This document shows positions 61,163 through 64,000 of a stretch of 64,000 bases of DNA, one piece after another (the first letter of the stretch is position 1; every line of letters begins with the position of its first letter). The notes under the pieces are model-generated. The model was not told the origin of the DNA. It made no database searches and saw nothing but the letters and a program-made list of their open reading frames with translations. Source of the stretch: Trichosphaerium sp. ATCC 40318 (Eukaryota > Protista > Tubulinea); contig JALMLS010000342.1 of the NCBI GenBank assembly GCA_038496445.1, forward strand, positions 248,877 through 312,876, given 5' to 3'. The position numbers and the translations under genes are program-made.

Positions 61163-62833
61163 ACAATATTATCAATCAAGTAAAAAGCAAATTACATTTG
61201 ATGAAGGATTTTCACAGAACAAGGAAGGCCAAAAACCTTTTGATTTTCAATGCAAGTCCAAAAAAGTGTTGCAAGTAATCAAAGCTATTTTTTCAAATCA
61301 CAAAACAATTCATAAGACATGAGTCGTAATAACTTTGGGCTTTATTCTTGTAAATTATACAACAAGATTATTTTAGGTTTGGTATGTATTAAACTGCACC
61401 ACATGATGATAATTTTAAATTATTTACAAAACTGAGGTTTAACTCCTCTGTCATGTGCCCAACACCTGGTAAAAGGCAATCACCAGCCATATAAAAAATC
61501 TAGTAAATAGATAAAACTTCTTGGCTGTAGTTTAAATGACATTGTACATTGTGAAAAAGTGTTTAAAACTCAAAATAAACAGTTTATCAGCTTGAACCAA
61601 CTTATGTTTTGAATTGTTTTGATTTGGAAAAATAACTTCGATTACTTGCAACTTGCATTGAAAATTGCAAAGTTGGATTTCACTACCAAATTTATGTATT
61701 CTGTTAAAATACTTCGTTGGATGTAATTTGCTTTTTACTTATTAAGATTATATTCTATAAACCAATTAGGGTTAAAATTACCTAAACCTCTACTTTTCCG
61801 ATTTTATTAGATTTTGCTACTTTCATGGCTGTGTTGTTAGGCACAGGCATGTATTATTATGGTGTGCAGCATTGACAATGATATTTGTGCACTACATGGC
61901 CTGTGAGCGACACGCGAACTTTTTTTGATGTAAATTTTGAAATATTTTTACCATGCAGTTGTGTTTGGAGGCTGCATTTACAAATGTATTTTTAATTACT
62001 TTATGTATGTACATATATGTTATTAGGCCATATAAACGTGATACAAGCAATAATTGATTTGTAGGTATTTATAGTGATGAGTTATATAGATGTAAGCGAT
62101 TTTGAGTTTGTAATTGGCTTTTTTTTTTGGTAAAAAATATGTATGCACATTTCTCATATACACAAAGTTTTTAGTATATCATGTGTAGCTAAATTGTAAT
62201 TTAAATTCATATTTATACATACATGGTAACATAATGAGATATTATTTATTTTCATATCTATTCATGACTATGAGATATAAGATAATCTTTTATTGGTAAC
62301 TAAGATAATTTTTTATTCTTTTGGTAAAATAGTTTTCAAGAAAACTATCTACCACAAAGATTAAGGTTGTAATAAAAACGAACCCTCTAACTGAGCGAAA
62401 TATGGCCTCAAGCATTCCCCATGAAAATATAAAATATGTTTCTAGCCCTTAAATGGCCGTTGCAAGCCAAATATGGCATCAAAATTATCATAAGTATTCT
62501 CCATAATGAGATAGCGTTTTTGGCAGCATTTTTACTGCTTTTCGGCACTTTTTAGCGGCAAAATCACGTTGGCCTAAGGATTGCTTACACAATGGCATTA
62601 TAAAATCACCTATAACACCCCACAAAGCTTTTTTGTATGTGCTTATAATCTGACTACATGATGCAAGCAACGATTTGGTCATAGATGTCATGGCTTTCGG
62701 TGATTCGAATGCGCGTTCATTACTTATTTTTAAGCAACTTCTTTTTGCATGAGGGCCCCCTTGCCATATTGTCTCGTGATTGCGAAACCGTGTTTTTAGT
62801 CTCCAAATTTGCCATAAATTATGAATATGCAAT

Positions 62834-63509
62834 CGAAATGGTGAGGCGGCATATATGTGATCCAAAATTTGTGAAATACATAAAGTCAGAACCATTTTTG
62901 GGTTTTTCGATCGCTTGCCACCATACACCACGTGATTTTTTATCTATATGGCATAGTTGTTATACATGCCTCATATAGTTGTATTTGGATAGCAACATGG
63001 TAAATGTAAATATTACCTACATGCCATTTTAGTTTTCTGTCATTTTTTGCCCAAAATGTTGCTTTGTACTTTGAATCGCGTATGATGTATGGTGGCCATC
63101 TCAGAGTTGCGAAACTTAGTTTTTAATAAATTGATGTTTGTGCCATCATGGAGATACCAAACATATTTTGTTCAGTGAATGAGATGGTGCTACCCGCATT
63201 GATACTTTTTACGAAAATGTGTAAAAAATTCATTTTTTTTGCTCTGTTCACCAATGCCCCCAGCCCCCTCCGCTGTACCAAACATCACATTATATATGTA
63301 CCTCATGGTTATAAAGCCATATTTACATGATGATAAAAACTAGAGTGTGATTCAGCATAGTGATAGTAAATAAATATTTTTTGCCATTTTATGGTCTACC
63401 CATTAGGGTTGCCTTGATTACGTGCCATGTATATCACCATATATGTAGCGCCTGATATATATTATGCCAATATGTCTTGGTTTACTATGTATAAAGTATG
63501 AGCGTTTGT
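62834..63509. other. Central spacer in the opposite orientation (S')
   Basis: Begins cgaaatggtgaggcggc (reverse complement of the end of S) and ends ..gagcgtttgt (reverse complement of the start of S). Confidence 0.9.
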
Positions 63510-64000
63510 ATTGCATATTCATAATTTATGGCAAATTTGGAGACTAAAAACACGGTTTCGCAATCACGAGACAATATGGCAAGGGGGGCCTCATGCAAAA
63601 GAAGTTGCTTAAAAATAAGTAATGAACGCGCATTCGAATCACCGAAAGCCATGACCATCTATGACCAAATCGTTGCTTGCATATGTAGTCAGATTATAAG
63701 CACATACAAAAAGCTTTGTGGGGTGTTATAGGTGATTTTATAATGCATTGTGTGTAAGCAATCCTTAGGCCAACGTGATTTTGCGCTAAAAAGTGCCGAA
63801 AAGCAGTAAAAATGCTGCCAAAACGCTATCTCATTATGGAGAATACTTATGATAATTTTGATGCCATATTTGGCTTGCAACGGCCATTTAAGGGCTAGAA
63901 ACATATTTTATATTTTCATGGGGAATGCTTGAGGCCATATTTTCGCTCAGTTAGAGGGTTCGTTTTTATTACACCTTAATCTTTGTGGTAGATAGTTTCT
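63510..64000 (-). repeat. Start of another inverted arm (B'), running off the right edge
   Basis: attgcatattcataatttatggc... matches 50970 onward, with many single-base deletions. Confidence 0.9.

Larger units (their letters stand above)
54512..62833 (+). repeat. Segmental duplication unit A+B, copy 2
   Basis: Direct repeat of 41893-50288. Confidence 0.95.

Noticed and set aside
1-64000. rRNA, tRNA, CRISPR arrays or an alternative genetic code
   Set aside because: None recognised by eye; ORF fragmentation is explained by short spliceosomal introns under the standard code.
62680-64000. Many 1-bp differences between the last arm/core copy and earlier copies as real divergence
   Set aside because: Mostly single-base deletions in short runs, typical of low-coverage long-read consensus error.

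Overview
Eukaryotic nuclear DNA from a gene-dense, AT-rich protist genome with many short (~40-100 nt) GT-AG introns; gene content suggests an amoebozoan-like organism (inference, not proven). Positions 3.2-48.2 kb hold about 20 tightly packed spliced genes: Ser/Thr kinase, two PA-domain/multi-TM receptor-like paralogs, histidine acid phosphatase, fungalysin (M36), BOD1/Shg1-like, ASK20/21-type SKP1, Alba/Rpp25-RGG, LRR protein, eIF3c, PH-C2-RasGAP, GFRP-like small protein, FSH1/OVCA2 hydrolase, a mitochondrial-type PPR protein, uroporphyrinogen-III synthase and a diaphanous-type formin. Two things stand out. (1) Four diverged paralogs of a family built from a ~70-aa Trp-rich repeat (about 4, 5, 7 and 4 units). 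Three end in a Vsr/DUF559/RAP-like PD-(D/E)XK nuclease domain, and at least two begin with mitochondrial-presequence-like leaders. This is a candidate modular 'repeat array + nuclease' system that I cannot assign to PPR/OPR/TALE. (2) From ~41.9 kb on, the window is a nested duplication A-B-S-B'-A-B-S'-B'. It is a large palindrome with a ~680-bp gene-free core that occurs in both orientations (flip-flop), with telomere-like CCCTAA/TTAGGG tracts in the arms, a nested ~170-bp inverted repeat and a dense ATGGC/GCCAT motif field. It may be a centromere-like or chromosome-end-derived element, but part of it could be an amplification or assembly chimera. Exon boundaries were inferred by eye and are approximate.
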